Origin: an uncultured candidate division Zixibacteria bacterium
GTDB taxonomy: Bacteria > Zixibacteria > MSB-5A5 > UBA10806
NCBI GenBank assembly: GCA_963801605.1
Contig: CAWDFP010000007.1
Location: forward strand, 32,001-96,000
Direction of reading: 5' to 3'
DNA: 64,000 nt
Shown here piece by piece: positions 40,813 to 51,403 of this stretch (its first letter is position 1; every line of letters starts with the position of its first letter). The notes below the pieces were generated by a model. It ran no database searches. It saw only the letters and a program-made list of their open reading frames with translations, and had not been told where the DNA came from. Both the position numbers and the translations under genes were made by a program.

Positions 40813-42171
40813 TTACTTCTCGGCAATACCCGATTCGCTCTGGAGTCCCTTTAACTTTTCTCGAAGAGTTTTTCTATCGATCCCCAGAATTTCGGCCGCC
40901 CTGGTTTTGTTGCCATCGACACTGGCGAGCACATTCTGAATGTATTCGGTCTCGACTTCGGCTAAAGTGCGATCCAGGCCGGTTTCCCTCATTGCTGAAA
41001 AACGCATGTTGGATGGCAGATCGGGGGCATCGATTACGCCGCTATCGGACATTACCGCCAAACGCTGCATTAAATTTTCAAGCTCCCGCACGTTACCCGG
41101 CCAGTCGTAGCGCCGCAGTATATCCAATGCTTTATCTGTAAATTGTGGTTGAGCCTTGCCGAATTCCGATGCAAACTTGGCCGCGAAATGCCGAACTAAG
41201 AGCAAAATATCTTCTTCACGTTCCCTGAGTGGCGGGATATTTATCGTAATCACCGAAAGTCGAAAATAGAGGTCTTCCCGGAATGTCCCCTTTTTAACCA
41301 AACTCTGTAAGTCCTTATTTGTTGCCACCACAACCCTGACATCGACCTTTCGCGGTTTGGTGTCTCCAACCATGCAGACTTCTTTATCCTGTAGAACTCG
41401 GAGCAGCTTAACCTGCATCGATGGACTGGTTTCGCCAATCTCATCGAGAAATATCGTGCCGCCGTCGGCTGTCTGAAAAAAACCGGCTCTCGAATCGCTA
41501 GCGCCCGTAAAAGCCCCTTTGATATGGCCAAACAGCTCACTTTCTAATAAGCCTTCCGGAATTGCGCCGCAATTTATTGGCACGAATGGGGCCGAGCCGC
41601 GAGGGCTCGCGTAATGAATTGCTCTGGCGACAAGTTCCTTACCCGTGCCGCTTTCGCCGGTTAGCAGAACGGTAGCCGACGTAGCCGCCGATTTGGATAT
41701 GGCCTCAAAAATCTTTTGCATCGCTTCCGAATTGCCCAAAAGCCCGTGCGATGGCGATTTTATTTTGCTCTGAGTGGCGTTCATTGACCGCCGGAGTCTA
41801 AGTTTTTCCAGGGCGCGTTCCACCGCCGAAAAAAGCTCCTCTTCGGTAAAGGGTTTTGCCAGGTAATCCTCGGCGCCGCTTCTAACGGCTTCAACCGCCC
41901 CCTCGATTGAAGCATAACCGGTCATCATCATGATCTCGGTGTCCCTGAGATTTTCGCGGACATGCTTAATGAGATCGAGTCCACTTACGCGGGGCATTTT
42001 TAGATCGGTTATTATTAGATCGACTGCTCCCGATTCCAGAATCTTAAGTGCCTCGGCCACGCTGGAGGCTACATACACTTCGTAACCTTGCGACGACAGA
42101 TTCCTGCGTAAAACCTCGAGCGTATCGGGTGCATCATCGACAACAAGTATTTTCTCGTTTCTATCAGTCAT
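40813..42171 (-). CDS. sigma54-dependent response regulator (NtrC/AtoC family)
   Basis: REC, GESGTGKE, GAFTGA, FLDEIG, WPGNVREL, HTH. Confidence 0.95.
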   Translation of the reverse strand: MTDRNEKILVVDDAPDTLEVLRRNLSSQGYEVYVASSVAEALKILESGAVDLIITDLKMPRVSGLDLIKHVRENLRDTEIMMMTGYASIEGAVEAVRSGAEDYLAKPFTEEELFSAVERALEKLRLRRSMNATQSKIKSPSHGLLGNSEAMQKIFEAISKSAATSATVLLTGESGTGKELVARAIHYASPRGSAPFVPINCGAIPEGLLESELFGHIKGAFTGASDSRAGFFQTADGGTIFLDEIGETSPSMQVKLLRVLQDKEVCMVGDTKPRKVDVRVVVATNKDLQSLVKKGTFREDLYFRLSVITINIPPLREREEDILLLVRHFAAKFASEFGKAQPQFTDKALDILRRYDWPGNVRELENLMQRLAVMSDSGVIDAPDLPSNMRFSAMRETGLDRTLAEVETEYIQNVLASVDGNKTRAAEILGIDRKTLREKLKGLQSESGIAEK

Positions 42172-43912
42172 CCTGGCCACCTTCTCCAGCCTCATCATCA
42201 CCTTTTACGGGTAACTGGATCTCAAAAATCGATCCTTTGCCAACTTCGCTGGCAACTTTGATTGTACCGCCATGCGATGTCACAATTCCATGCACTACCG
42301 AGAGCCCCAACCCCGTGCCTTCGTTGACGTCTTTAGTGGTAAAAAAAGGTATAAAAAGCTTATTCATGATATCCTTACTCATCCCAATCCCGGTATCTTC
42401 TACACGCAATAAAATATGGCCGTCAACCAGCGACGTTGAAATAGTCAGTTTGCCTCCGCCGGGCATGGCCTGAACGGCATTCACCGAGAGATTAACCAAT
42501 ACCTGATAAAGCTGCGATTGATCGGCTCTGATCAACGGTAGATCTGGCGTTAAACAACGCACCATCTCAACACCGGCTTTCTGGCATCGAGATTCCAGGA
42601 AATACAAACCTTCCTTAACCATCTTATTGACATCGACCAGCGATTTCCTGGTGGGCATTTGACGGGCAAATAGCATTAGCTTCTTAACGACTTCTCTGGC
42701 GTGCAAGGTAGCGTTGATTATTTTGTCGATATCAGATCCAGTCTGCGGCGGCAGATCTGCGGTTTTTTTAACAAGCTGCGCGAATCCGAGAATTCCACCC
42801 AACGGCTCGTTCAACTCATGGGCTACACCGGCGGATAATTGGCCGATGGTCGCCAGGCGATCGGCGTGCCTGAGTTGCTCCTGAAGACGCTGGCGGTCTT
42901 CCTCCGCCTGTTTTTGTTCGATAATAAGATTGATTTGAGTGGCTATCGTATCGATGAGTTTGCGTTCTTCTCTTAGAAACGGTCCTTCGTCAATCGTGGG
43001 TTTCGGTTCAGTATAGATTACTTCTACATAACCGCGAGATTTTTCATGAACGATAATTTCGGCTCTTTGTTTATCGATCCCGTCCTTAAAACAAGGGGAG
43101 ATGTAAGTGCTGCCGTTGAAAACGATTTTGGCGCAGGTGTTTTCGGGATATTGCCAGGCGGCCGGCAACAGGTCAACGATGCCCTGCAAAATTTCCTGCG
43201 ACGATATATCGACTTTTTCGGTGAGGGTTGCAATTCCATAAAGACAGGTTAATTCCTTAATCCTTTCTCGAAGCGCCGCCTGGGCCCTTTGATTTACCAG
43301 GGCGACTCCCAGGGTCTGGGCCACCGCCTCGTACAACCCGATCTCAAACTCGGTAAATCGATTTCGGTTGCGGGCCAGCAGCTCTAACGCCCCAATAATT
43401 TCGGTGCCCACGGTTATCGGTATAATAACTATCGATAGAAATTCGCCTCCGATAATCAGCCCGTGAAAACGTGAATAACCCCGCGTGACCTGGCCAAAAT
43501 CAAGAGGCTTATCAGCATCGCCTGTCCAAAAGCTGCCATAAGCCGTAAAGAACGGCAGCATAGGATCGGCGTTGCGGTTTATCACGTCCTGTGTCAAACA
43601 TTCAAGCGGTGAACGCTGTTCGGAATTTGACTCCCCATTTTTACTGGGGGGGCAGGGGATATTTTCAAAACTACAGGCGGCTTGATCATTGCGCCTCGCC
43701 GAGAAACATTGAAGATTACCACCTTCGCGGGAAATCGTCCTGACCGCATCGCAACTGGAGAAATCGAGGATTAAGCATAATACCTCGCGCATAAAATCAA
43801 TTTTCGGTTCGCCGCGGTTGGCGCAATTTAAAATTGAATGCGATAAAGCCCTAAAATCGTCGGGCAGCCTGAGAGGTGGTTGATTATCGAAATTTCCCGC
43901 AAATTCATTCAT
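42164..43912 (-). CDS. GAF-domain sensor histidine kinase
   Basis: GAF, LRERIKELTCLY segment, H-box VAHELNEPL, DTGIGM, GTGLGL. Confidence 0.92.
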   Translation of the reverse strand: MNEFAGNFDNQPPLRLPDDFRALSHSILNCANRGEPKIDFMREVLCLILDFSSCDAVRTISREGGNLQCFSARRNDQAACSFENIPCPPSKNGESNSEQRSPLECLTQDVINRNADPMLPFFTAYGSFWTGDADKPLDFGQVTRGYSRFHGLIIGGEFLSIVIIPITVGTEIIGALELLARNRNRFTEFEIGLYEAVAQTLGVALVNQRAQAALRERIKELTCLYGIATLTEKVDISSQEILQGIVDLLPAAWQYPENTCAKIVFNGSTYISPCFKDGIDKQRAEIIVHEKSRGYVEVIYTEPKPTIDEGPFLREERKLIDTIATQINLIIEQKQAEEDRQRLQEQLRHADRLATIGQLSAGVAHELNEPLGGILGFAQLVKKTADLPPQTGSDIDKIINATLHAREVVKKLMLFARQMPTRKSLVDVNKMVKEGLYFLESRCQKAGVEMVRCLTPDLPLIRADQSQLYQVLVNLSVNAVQAMPGGGKLTISTSLVDGHILLRVEDTGIGMSKDIMNKLFIPFFTTKDVNEGTGLGLSVVHGIVTSHGGTIKVASEVGKGSIFEIQLPVKGDDEAGEGGQDD

Positions 43913-44199
43913 ATTAAAACCTGATCATTCTTGCCGCTAACCGGAGCATTAAATTGGATTCATCGGCTATGCTCCTCAATCTCATAAAGTACTATGAAAG
44001 TATGGTATTGTCAAATCAGCCTGGCAATGGAGAAACTTAAATCCTGGCAAGTTTTAGAGCTTTACTCCATGATTTCAATTTAATATAATATTATTTGAGT
44101 ATTTTAAGCGACAAAGATGGTATGACGGAATTTTTTCGAAAATTTAGGAAATTAACGGTTGAAATAGTCCTGTCAAAATCAATCCTGAGAGGTTAGCTG

Positions 44200-45576
44200 A
44201 TGCATTACCCCTGGTGGTACGTTCCGTTCCTGACATCTCCGATGCTAATTGCCATAATTTCAATATTGCATGTGATAGTGTCGCATTACGCTGTCGGAGG
44301 CGGTTTTTTTCTGGCAATCGAAGTTGGATATGCCTACAAATCCGGAAATAAGGATTATTTGAATTATCTTAAGGATCACGCCTGGTTTTTTATTCTGATA
44401 ACCGTGGTCTACGGAGCTATTACCGGAGTTGGCATCTGGTGGACCATTGGCCTGGCCTCGCCCCTGGCAACGGAGACCCTGATTCACAATTTCGTTTTCG
44501 GCTGGGCGATGGAATATGTAGCCTTCATCATCGAATTGACGGCAGCATTTATCTTCTTTTATTATTGGGGCAAACTTGAGCCTAAAATGCATACCAAAAT
44601 CGGATGGATTTATGCTATTGCCGCCTGGGTCAGCCTGGTTCTCATTACGGCCATCACAGCCTTCATGCTTAACCCTGGTAGTTGGACTATTCATCGCACC
44701 TTCTGGCGAGGCATCTTAAATCCCCAATTCCTTCCGCAAGTCTTGGCCAGAACCGGAGGCTCATTCTTGCTGGCCTCTCTCTATGTTTATTTGCATTCAT
44801 CTCTCAGAGTCAAAGATAAAAATCTGCATAATCTTATCGAAAGCCGGTCGGCTCGTCCGGCGCTTTGGGGAGGAGTATTGATTGTTTTGGGCGGTATCGG
44901 ATGGCTTATTGCTTTACCGGAATCCGCCAGAGCGGCGTTGGCGGCCGCCAGTGTTCTAAATGTTCTGACGGTAATTATATTCGCCTTAACCCTGGCGGTC
45001 CTGGCAATGATTTATCTGGGACCATATCGAAATCCCGGATGGTTTACCCCCGGATTTACCATATTGATCTTTCTTTCGGGAGTAGCCGCTGTAACGACCG
45101 GGGAATATATCCGGGAGGCGGTTCGCAAGCCATACATCGTTTACAATACAGTGTTGTCGAATCAAATTCTGCCGGAAGAGATTCCGAAAATGAAAGCATC
45201 CGGCTATCTCGAAAGCGGAGTCTGGACCAAAGAGCTGATCTCCCAAAAATATCCGGCGGCGCTTTCCGATGGCAAAATCGATGGTGCTAAATTATTGAGT
45301 CTTCCCGATTCGGAACAACGCCAGATTGGCGAGGTGCTATTTCAATATCATTGCAATGATTGCCACGCCGTACAAAATGGTTATTCGGCTATAAATAACT
45401 CGACCCGCGGCTGGACCGAACAAATGATTTTCGAAGTTGTGGAACATCCGGAGAAAGCTCACTTTTTCATGCCTCCCTGGGCCGGAACAAGGGAAGAGGC
45501 CACATTGCTCACCAGGTATCTGACAAATATCGCCCCGGCGCATCCAGCGGGCATGTACTACGGGAATGGGAGGTAG
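44200..45576 (+). CDS. Cytochrome bd ubiquinol oxidase subunit I-like membrane protein with C-terminal c-type heme
   Basis: ILHVIVSHYAVG (helix I His), FGWAMEYVAFIIE, SLVLITAITAFMLNP, EYIREAVRKPY; C-terminal CNDCH and FMPPW. Confidence 0.82.
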   Translation: MHYPWWYVPFLTSPMLIAIISILHVIVSHYAVGGGFFLAIEVGYAYKSGNKDYLNYLKDHAWFFILITVVYGAITGVGIWWTIGLASPLATETLIHNFVFGWAMEYVAFIIELTAAFIFFYYWGKLEPKMHTKIGWIYAIAAWVSLVLITAITAFMLNPGSWTIHRTFWRGILNPQFLPQVLARTGGSFLLASLYVYLHSSLRVKDKNLHNLIESRSARPALWGGVLIVLGGIGWLIALPESARAALAAASVLNVLTVIIFALTLAVLAMIYLGPYRNPGWFTPGFTILIFLSGVAAVTTGEYIREAVRKPYIVYNTVLSNQILPEEIPKMKASGYLESGVWTKELISQKYPAALSDGKIDGAKLLSLPDSEQRQIGEVLFQYHCNDCHAVQNGYSAINNSTRGWTEQMIFEVVEHPEKAHFFMPPWAGTREEATLLTRYLTNIAPAHPAGMYYGNGR

Positions 45577-46726
45577 GATGAATCCGGGAGCATTAATTGC
45601 ACCATCGAGTCCGGTCGGTTTTCCGGCCCCATACTGGTTTCTCGTTCTTTTCAAAGTATTAGGTTTTACGCTTCATGTATCGCTTATGAACCTCTGGTAT
45701 GCCGGACCGGTCATAGCGCTCATCCTGTGGTTTCGAGGAGGATTCTCACGCGCCCTCACCAATCGCCTGATGAAAAAGATGCCGATTATAGTTGCTTATG
45801 GGATTAATTTCGGAATCGTGCCTCTTCTGTTTGTACAGGTTGCCTACTACAAAGTGTTCTATCCATCGACAATTCTCATGGCCTGGCCCTGGCTAAGCGT
45901 TATTGCTTTGCTGACCGTCGCCTATTATGGCGTTTATATCTACGCCACTGCACTCAAAAAGGACGGTGATAATATCGCGTCATGGAAACGCGCCGCCGGA
46001 TGGATTTCCGCGTTGTTTTTTTTGATTATCGGATTTATTTTTGCCAGCGAATTCAGCCTCATGACCAATCTCGATAACTGGAAACGAATCTGGCTCGATG
46101 GCAATATCGCCGGAGCGGTATATGGCCTGGCGCTTAATTCTGGCGATCCAACACTAATACCCCGATGGCTTACGATGTTTGGCCTGGCGATCACTACAAC
46201 CTCGGCATTTATGGCGGTTGATACCGGTTTATTCGCGTCCAAAGAAAGCCTTGATTACAAAAAGTGGGCCAGTCGTTTTGTCTATAAACCGTACACTCTG
46301 GGAATAATCTGGTATGCCATAGCCGCATCCTGGTATGTTTTCGGGACCTGGCAGGCCGATATTAAGAGCCTTATGTTTTCGTCTCCTATGATAATCCTAA
46401 CGGTTATCACCGCCGTCTCAATGAGCTTACCCTGGCTTCTGCTGTTTATATTTACCCGCAACCGAGTAATCGGACGAGGACTTGCCATCGGAGTCGGCCT
46501 GACACAATTTGGAGTAATTGCCTTGAACGCTATCAGCCGTCAGGTCGTACAGAACGCCGAACTCGGGCGCTATCTAAATATTACAGATGAGGTTGTCCGG
46601 ACCCAATGGAGTCCGATGATCATCTTTTTAGTGTTGTTTGTCGCGGGGATCGCTTTATGCGTCTGGATGATTCGGCAAGCCGCCAAATCCGGCCAAAACA
46701 GTTTACCTCCTGAAACGACCGGATAA
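45566..46726 (+). CDS. Polytopic membrane protein, probable second subunit of the bd-like complex
   Basis: FTLHVSLMN, INFGIVPLLFVQV.Y...FY; about 9 TMs; overlaps the preceding gene. Confidence 0.7.
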   Translation: MGGRMNPGALIAPSSPVGFPAPYWFLVLFKVLGFTLHVSLMNLWYAGPVIALILWFRGGFSRALTNRLMKKMPIIVAYGINFGIVPLLFVQVAYYKVFYPSTILMAWPWLSVIALLTVAYYGVYIYATALKKDGDNIASWKRAAGWISALFFLIIGFIFASEFSLMTNLDNWKRIWLDGNIAGAVYGLALNSGDPTLIPRWLTMFGLAITTTSAFMAVDTGLFASKESLDYKKWASRFVYKPYTLGIIWYAIAASWYVFGTWQADIKSLMFSSPMIILTVITAVSMSLPWLLLFIFTRNRVIGRGLAIGVGLTQFGVIALNAISRQVVQNAELGRYLNITDEVVRTQWSPMIIFLVLFVAGIALCVWMIRQAAKSGQNSLPPETTG

Positions 46727-46831
46727 TTATGTAACTTGCCTGTTGCCAGAAACGTAGTTTATGGTGTAAGATAAAGTTCAGGGCGCTTGATTTTCGATAA
46801 TGTGAAATTGAAATAGCAAAGGAGTCTCCCC

Positions 46832-47692
46832 GTGGATAACTTACAACATTGCCACAACTGCGGCTGGCCTATAGAGTCCGGCGACAAATTTTGCAGAAAT
46901 TGCGGGAAACCGTTTGAGGATAAAGAGCAGGAAATCCCGCCATTATCGGCTACTCCTCCGGTTCCGCCTATTCCCCCGGAAGAACCATCGCAGACGCTTC
47001 CGCCAGCGGAAGAGCCAAAATATGTTGCTTGGGAGGATAGACAGCATCTTGGCTTTTTTGCGGGACTCTGGAAAACCTGGGTGGAATCCGTTTTTAACCC
47101 TGAGAAGTTTTTCTCAAAGCTGCCGTTTTCCGGCGGTATGGGAAGCCCAATTCTATATGCGTTGATCGTAATGTGGCTGAGTTCTATAATCAGTAAATTC
47201 TATGGGGTTATTTTTGCGAATGTCTGGTTATCCGCGTTCGAGAAATATCTCGATAAAGCCGGCCCGGGTTTTGATTTTGGTATTGGGAAAAGCGTCACGA
47301 TTCTTTCCTTTTTCCAATCAATTTTCATTGCTCCTATATTGATTATTCTGGGCCTCTTTATCATGAGCGGAATTTATCATCTCCTTTGCATGATCTTCGG
47401 CTGGTCTAAACGCGATTTCGAGGCTACTCTTCGAGCGGTGGCGTATGCCAGCGGTCCCGCCATTTTCGCGATCGTCCCCATGTGCGGCTCGCCAATTGGA
47501 TGGATCTGGGGGTTGGTACTGGCGGTCATTGGCCTCAAGCACATGCAGCAAACAACCAGCGGGAAATCGGCCCTTGTGATCCTGCTCCCCATAGTACTGT
47601 GTTGCTGCCTGATATTCATACTGGCGCTCGTTTTTGGAACTGCGATTTGGGCCTTTATTCAAAACGCATCGCGTAGCGGTTACAGTTATTAA
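46832..47692 (+). CDS. Zinc-ribbon plus Pro-rich linker plus YIP1-family membrane protein
   Basis: CHNCG...FCRNCG; WEDR..LGFF; FEATLRAVAY. Confidence 0.75.
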   Translation: MDNLQHCHNCGWPIESGDKFCRNCGKPFEDKEQEIPPLSATPPVPPIPPEEPSQTLPPAEEPKYVAWEDRQHLGFFAGLWKTWVESVFNPEKFFSKLPFSGGMGSPILYALIVMWLSSIISKFYGVIFANVWLSAFEKYLDKAGPGFDFGIGKSVTILSFFQSIFIAPILIILGLFIMSGIYHLLCMIFGWSKRDFEATLRAVAYASGPAIFAIVPMCGSPIGWIWGLVLAVIGLKHMQQTTSGKSALVILLPIVLCCCLIFILALVFGTAIWAFIQNASRSGYSY

Positions 47693-47750
47693 AAATGAAT
47701 TAGGTTTTGTAAACAGGCTTATCTTATGATTATGGTGAGCCTGTAGTTTT

Positions 47751-48158
47751 ATGAAGTTAAAAATTGAAAATAAGGCGCCTCAATCACCGGTTCACATCGT
47801 TTGGGGCGCCATGGTTATATTTGTAATCGTTGGCGCTAAAATTATGAGCGCTTACCTGCCGCTCCTGCCGCCATGTATTTTTCGCACACTAACCGGAATT
47901 CCCTGCCTGACCTGCGGCGGGACCCATTGCATTAGCGCCTTATCTAATTTTGAAATAACCTCCTCATTTCTCTATAATCCGCTGATTATGATCAGTCTGA
48001 TGGGATTAATAATATTCTCGCTGATATACTTAGCAGGAGTTCTATTTAGCAGAAGACTTATCATTACGCTTACCTCCATTGAGAAGACGACGCTTAGAAT
48101 ATCTGTAATTTCTCTCATAGCGCTAAACTGGATATATCTAATTATAAAATTGAAATAG
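47751..48158 (+). CDS. DUF2752 family membrane protein
   Basis: CIFRTLTGIPCLTCGGT...YNP...NWIY. Confidence 0.82.
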   Translation: MKLKIENKAPQSPVHIVWGAMVIFVIVGAKIMSAYLPLLPPCIFRTLTGIPCLTCGGTHCISALSNFEITSSFLYNPLIMISLMGLIIFSLIYLAGVLFSRRLIITLTSIEKTTLRISVISLIALNWIYLIIKLK

Positions 48159-48255
48159 AGAATCTCGGGGCACCGGAATGCTTGCTTTGATGTTTATTGA
48201 TATCCGAGACAGTTTTTATTATACTCAGGGCTGTTTTAGATGACAGGAACAGGAT

Positions 48256-48691
48256 GTGAAATTGGCTAAAATTTAGGAATATATTTATCTCCGGTGTAAT
48301 CCAGGGATCAGCGCTGGGTCGGAATATTCACTCGCAGGAATACCGGACTCAAATTAGAGACATTCTTCGGGATGCCATGCCGGATGCCAAAATCTATGAT
48401 CCTTTCGATGGTCACGAGAATTCGATTGATTATGACGATGACCAGGGACGGAAAACCTTTTTACATCATATCAAGCAGGTTCAGGAATCGGATCTGGTGA
48501 TCGCTTATTTACCGCACGCCTCTCTGGGAACGGCCATCGAAATCTGGGAATCGTATAAGCTTGGCATTCCAGTCTGGATCATTAGCCCGATGAGCACCAA
48601 TTGGGTGGTGCGGTTTTGCAGCGATAAGGTCTTCGGCGATATTGAGTCATTTGCCGACTATCTCAAGCACGAGTATGTAAATGTGGAGTAA
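48256..48691 (+). CDS. Nucleoside 2-deoxyribosyltransferase-like protein; apparent +1 frameshift near 48270
   Basis: Frame upstream of ATG 48377 stays open (FRNIFISGVIQGS...HSQEYR) and joins SD-GTG 48256 after removing one A; SDLVIAYLPHASLGTAIE motif. Confidence 0.62.
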
Positions 48692-48696
48692 TTAAA

Positions 48697-48993
48697 ATGC
48701 CTACTTATGAATATAAATGCCGGGATTGCGGCGAGAAATTTGACGAATTCCAAAAAATAACCGATCCGCCTTTAACACGATGCCCATCGTGCGGAGGAGA
48801 AATCGATAGATTAATTTCAGGCGGCTCGGGAATTATGTTCAAGGGGTCAGGCTTTTATATTACGGATTATCGGTCGGCAAACTATAAAAAGGCTGCCGAG
48901 AGCGAGAAATCGGCCGATCTGGCATCCAAAGCCAAGAGCGATACCAAGCCCGCGAGCGAATCCAAGCCCAAAACCGAAACGAAAAAAGATTAA
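48697..48993 (+). CDS. FmdB family zinc-ribbon protein
   Basis: MPTYEYKCRDCG...CPSCGG...FKGSGFYITDY. Confidence 0.92.
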   Translation: MPTYEYKCRDCGEKFDEFQKITDPPLTRCPSCGGEIDRLISGGSGIMFKGSGFYITDYRSANYKKAAESEKSADLASKAKSDTKPASESKPKTETKKD

Positions 48994-50030
48994 ATGATTT
49001 TCTGCCCGCCGAGATGACCTGCGAGCTGGCCACAGGCTCCCTTGATATCGGCCCCTCGGCTTTCCCTGATCATAGCGGCATAAACCCGCGGATATAAATA
49101 TTCTCGAAAAGCAATTACGTCATTTTCATTCGGACGTTTAAAGGGCAGCCCCTCGACCGGATTATATCGCATCAAATTAATTTTGCAGGGGATTCCCTCA
49201 ATTAATTTTATAAGTTTTTTGGCATCCGAAATTGAATCGTTCACGCCTCCCAGGAGCAAATATTCGAACGATACTCGTCGTCCGCTTATTTGGGTGTAAC
49301 GTTTGGCCTCAGTCATTATTTCCGAAAGACTATTGCTTTTCGCAGGGGGGATGAGACGCTCTCGAACATTTTCGTCGGCTGAATGAAGCGAAATGGCCAG
49401 CCCCAGTTTACCGGGGTTGGAGACAAATCGTTTCATTCCGTTCAATATTCCAACTGTGGAAATTGTGATCTTTTTCTGCGAGAGAGATGGCCCATAATCA
49501 TCGGTTAATATCGCGCAAGCCTTAAGGACATTATCGAGGTTCAGCATCGGCTCTCCCATGCCCATAAAAACGATATTGGATATCCTGCGCTTAATTGCCC
49601 TCCGGGCCTGAAGAAATTGATCGACGATTTCGCCGGCATCGAGATTGCGCTTAAATCCAATTTGCCCTGTGGCGCAGAACAGACAACCCGCAGGACATCC
49701 GGCCTGACTGGAGACACATAAAGTGACACGATCTCTTTCGGGTATCAACACTGATTCGATATAAGGACCGTCATGAAGCTTAAAAAGGAATTTCATCGAA
49801 CCGTCGGTGGAAGACAATTGCTGTTCGCAGTCAAGTTTGGTGATTCGAGTGTTTTCGGATAGTTTCAAGCGAACAGGTTTTCCGATATCGCTCATAAGAT
49901 CGAAACTTTCAACACCCTCCTGATAAATCCATCGAAAAATCTGTCGTCCTCTGAACGCTTCGAGATTCAGGCTGACGGCGAAAGCTTCAAGCTCGCTTCG
50001 ATCCATACCTTTCAGGTCAATTGACTTCAT
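48990..50030 (-). CDS. rlmN: 23S rRNA/tRNA m2A radical SAM methyltransferase
   Basis: TLCVSSQAGCPAGCLFCATG, FMGMGEP, ISLH, GACGQL; start could be 50072. Confidence 0.95.
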   Translation of the reverse strand: MKSIDLKGMDRSELEAFAVSLNLEAFRGRQIFRWIYQEGVESFDLMSDIGKPVRLKLSENTRITKLDCEQQLSSTDGSMKFLFKLHDGPYIESVLIPERDRVTLCVSSQAGCPAGCLFCATGQIGFKRNLDAGEIVDQFLQARRAIKRRISNIVFMGMGEPMLNLDNVLKACAILTDDYGPSLSQKKITISTVGILNGMKRFVSNPGKLGLAISLHSADENVRERLIPPAKSNSLSEIMTEAKRYTQISGRRVSFEYLLLGGVNDSISDAKKLIKLIEGIPCKINLMRYNPVEGLPFKRPNENDVIAFREYLYPRVYAAMIRESRGADIKGACGQLAGHLGGQKII

Positions 50031-50115
50031 CACAGTGGAATTTACGATTTTTATCGCCTCCTTCAAAATCATTTATCTTGACTGCTCCCGCCATTTTTTC
50101 TAAGCTTATGCTATT

Positions 50116-50922
50116 ATGAGAGTAGCGGCAGTTCAATTTGACCCTCAATTCGGCAAGGTATCCGAAAATATCGACCGCGTATTTTCTCTGGTTGAGGGCA
50201 CCCGAGCCGATCTCTATGTCCTCCCGGAACTATGCTTTAGCGGTTATACGTTTCAATCCCACGATGAGGCTCAAGCCCTTTCGGAAGGCGTCAAAGGGGG
50301 GCTCTCGATTGGCAAAATGGCCGAGCTTGCTGCCCGTCAAAATGCGGCCTTAGTATTCGGATTTCCCGAAAAAGCGTCCGAGGGATTGTACAACTCCAGC
50401 GCCTTTATTTCACCTGATGGCGATGTCGCGATATACCGCAAAATACATCTATTCATGAATGAAAAAGATTGGTTTTTGCCGGGCAACGAGCCTCCCAAAA
50501 TTGTCGAATTCCGCGGTTGCCGTTTGGGGATGATGGTTTGTTTTGATTGGATATTTCCGGAAGCGGCCCGAACGCTGGCTCTTATGGGCGCCCATTTAAT
50601 TTGCCATCCGGCGAATCTGGTGCTGCCGTATTGCCAGTCGGCGATGATCACCCGTTGCCTGGAAAACCGCGTATATGCCATAACTGCCAACAGGATAGGG
50701 GAGGAGCTTAGAGGCGGATTCGAAAACCGGTTTACGGGTCAAAGTCAGATAATTTCCCCCCAAGGAAAAGTTCTTTATAAAGGCTCAAACGATAAAGATG
50801 AGATTGGATTTGCCGATATAGAATACAGGGAGAGCGAAAATAAGGCAGTGAACCATAAAAATAACCTGTGGGAGGATCGTCGCCCACGATTCTATTTCGG
50901 CAATGATGAGAAAAAATTATAA
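50116..50922 (+). CDS. Nitrilase/carbon-nitrogen hydrolase
   Basis: VLPEL, YRKIHLF, VCFDWIFPE catalytic triad. Confidence 0.92.
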   Translation: MRVAAVQFDPQFGKVSENIDRVFSLVEGTRADLYVLPELCFSGYTFQSHDEAQALSEGVKGGLSIGKMAELAARQNAALVFGFPEKASEGLYNSSAFISPDGDVAIYRKIHLFMNEKDWFLPGNEPPKIVEFRGCRLGMMVCFDWIFPEAARTLALMGAHLICHPANLVLPYCQSAMITRCLENRVYAITANRIGEELRGGFENRFTGQSQIISPQGKVLYKGSNDKDEIGFADIEYRESENKAVNHKNNLWEDRRPRFYFGNDEKKL

Positions 50923-51289
50923 AATACTCGTCATCGATGATGAACCAGAGATAACCGAGATTATCAAATCGTTTTTGAGCGGGGCCGGTTATGATGTCCT
51001 GATCGAAAATTCATCGGTTATGGGAGTCGAGAAGGCTAAATTATACAAGCCGGATATGATCCTTCTCGATATAATGATGCCCGTTATGGACGGCTATGAG
51101 GTTTGCGCCAACATCAAAAGGGATATGGAGCTTTCAAACATTCCGATCCTTTTCCTGACCGGAAAGGACGCTAACGAAGATGCGGGCAGAAGCTTTAAAT
51201 CCGGCGCAGATCTATTTATAAAAAAGCCGTTTTCCTGCGAGCGTTTACTCCAACTGGTGAAGATGGTATTGATGTCTGTAGCCCGGTAA
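50903..51289 (+). CDS. Stand-alone response regulator receiver
   Basis: ILVIDDE, LLDIMMP.MDG, FLTG, FIKKP. Confidence 0.92.
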   Translation: MMRKNYKILVIDDEPEITEIIKSFLSGAGYDVLIENSSVMGVEKAKLYKPDMILLDIMMPVMDGYEVCANIKRDMELSNIPILFLTGKDANEDAGRSFKSGADLFIKKPFSCERLLQLVKMVLMSVAR

Positions 51290-51314
51290 TCTCAGTTATT
51301 TAATAGATGATCAC

Positions 51315-51346
51315 AAGCGAGCCTTTTGGCTCGCTTTATTTATTTT
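51315..51346 (+). terminator. Intrinsic terminator (plus strand)
   Basis: AAGCGAGCC-TTTT-GGCTCGCTT followed by a T-rich tail. Confidence 0.75.
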
Positions 51347-51351
51347 CGCTC

Positions 51352-51386
51352 AAAAAAAAGCCGGGATTCTTTCGAATTCCCGGCTT
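51352..51386 (-). terminator. Intrinsic terminator (minus strand)
   Basis: AAGCCGGGA...TCCCGGCTT stem with an A8 run on the plus strand. Confidence 0.75.
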
Positions 51387-51403
51387 GATTCATTTAACGG
51401 CGT

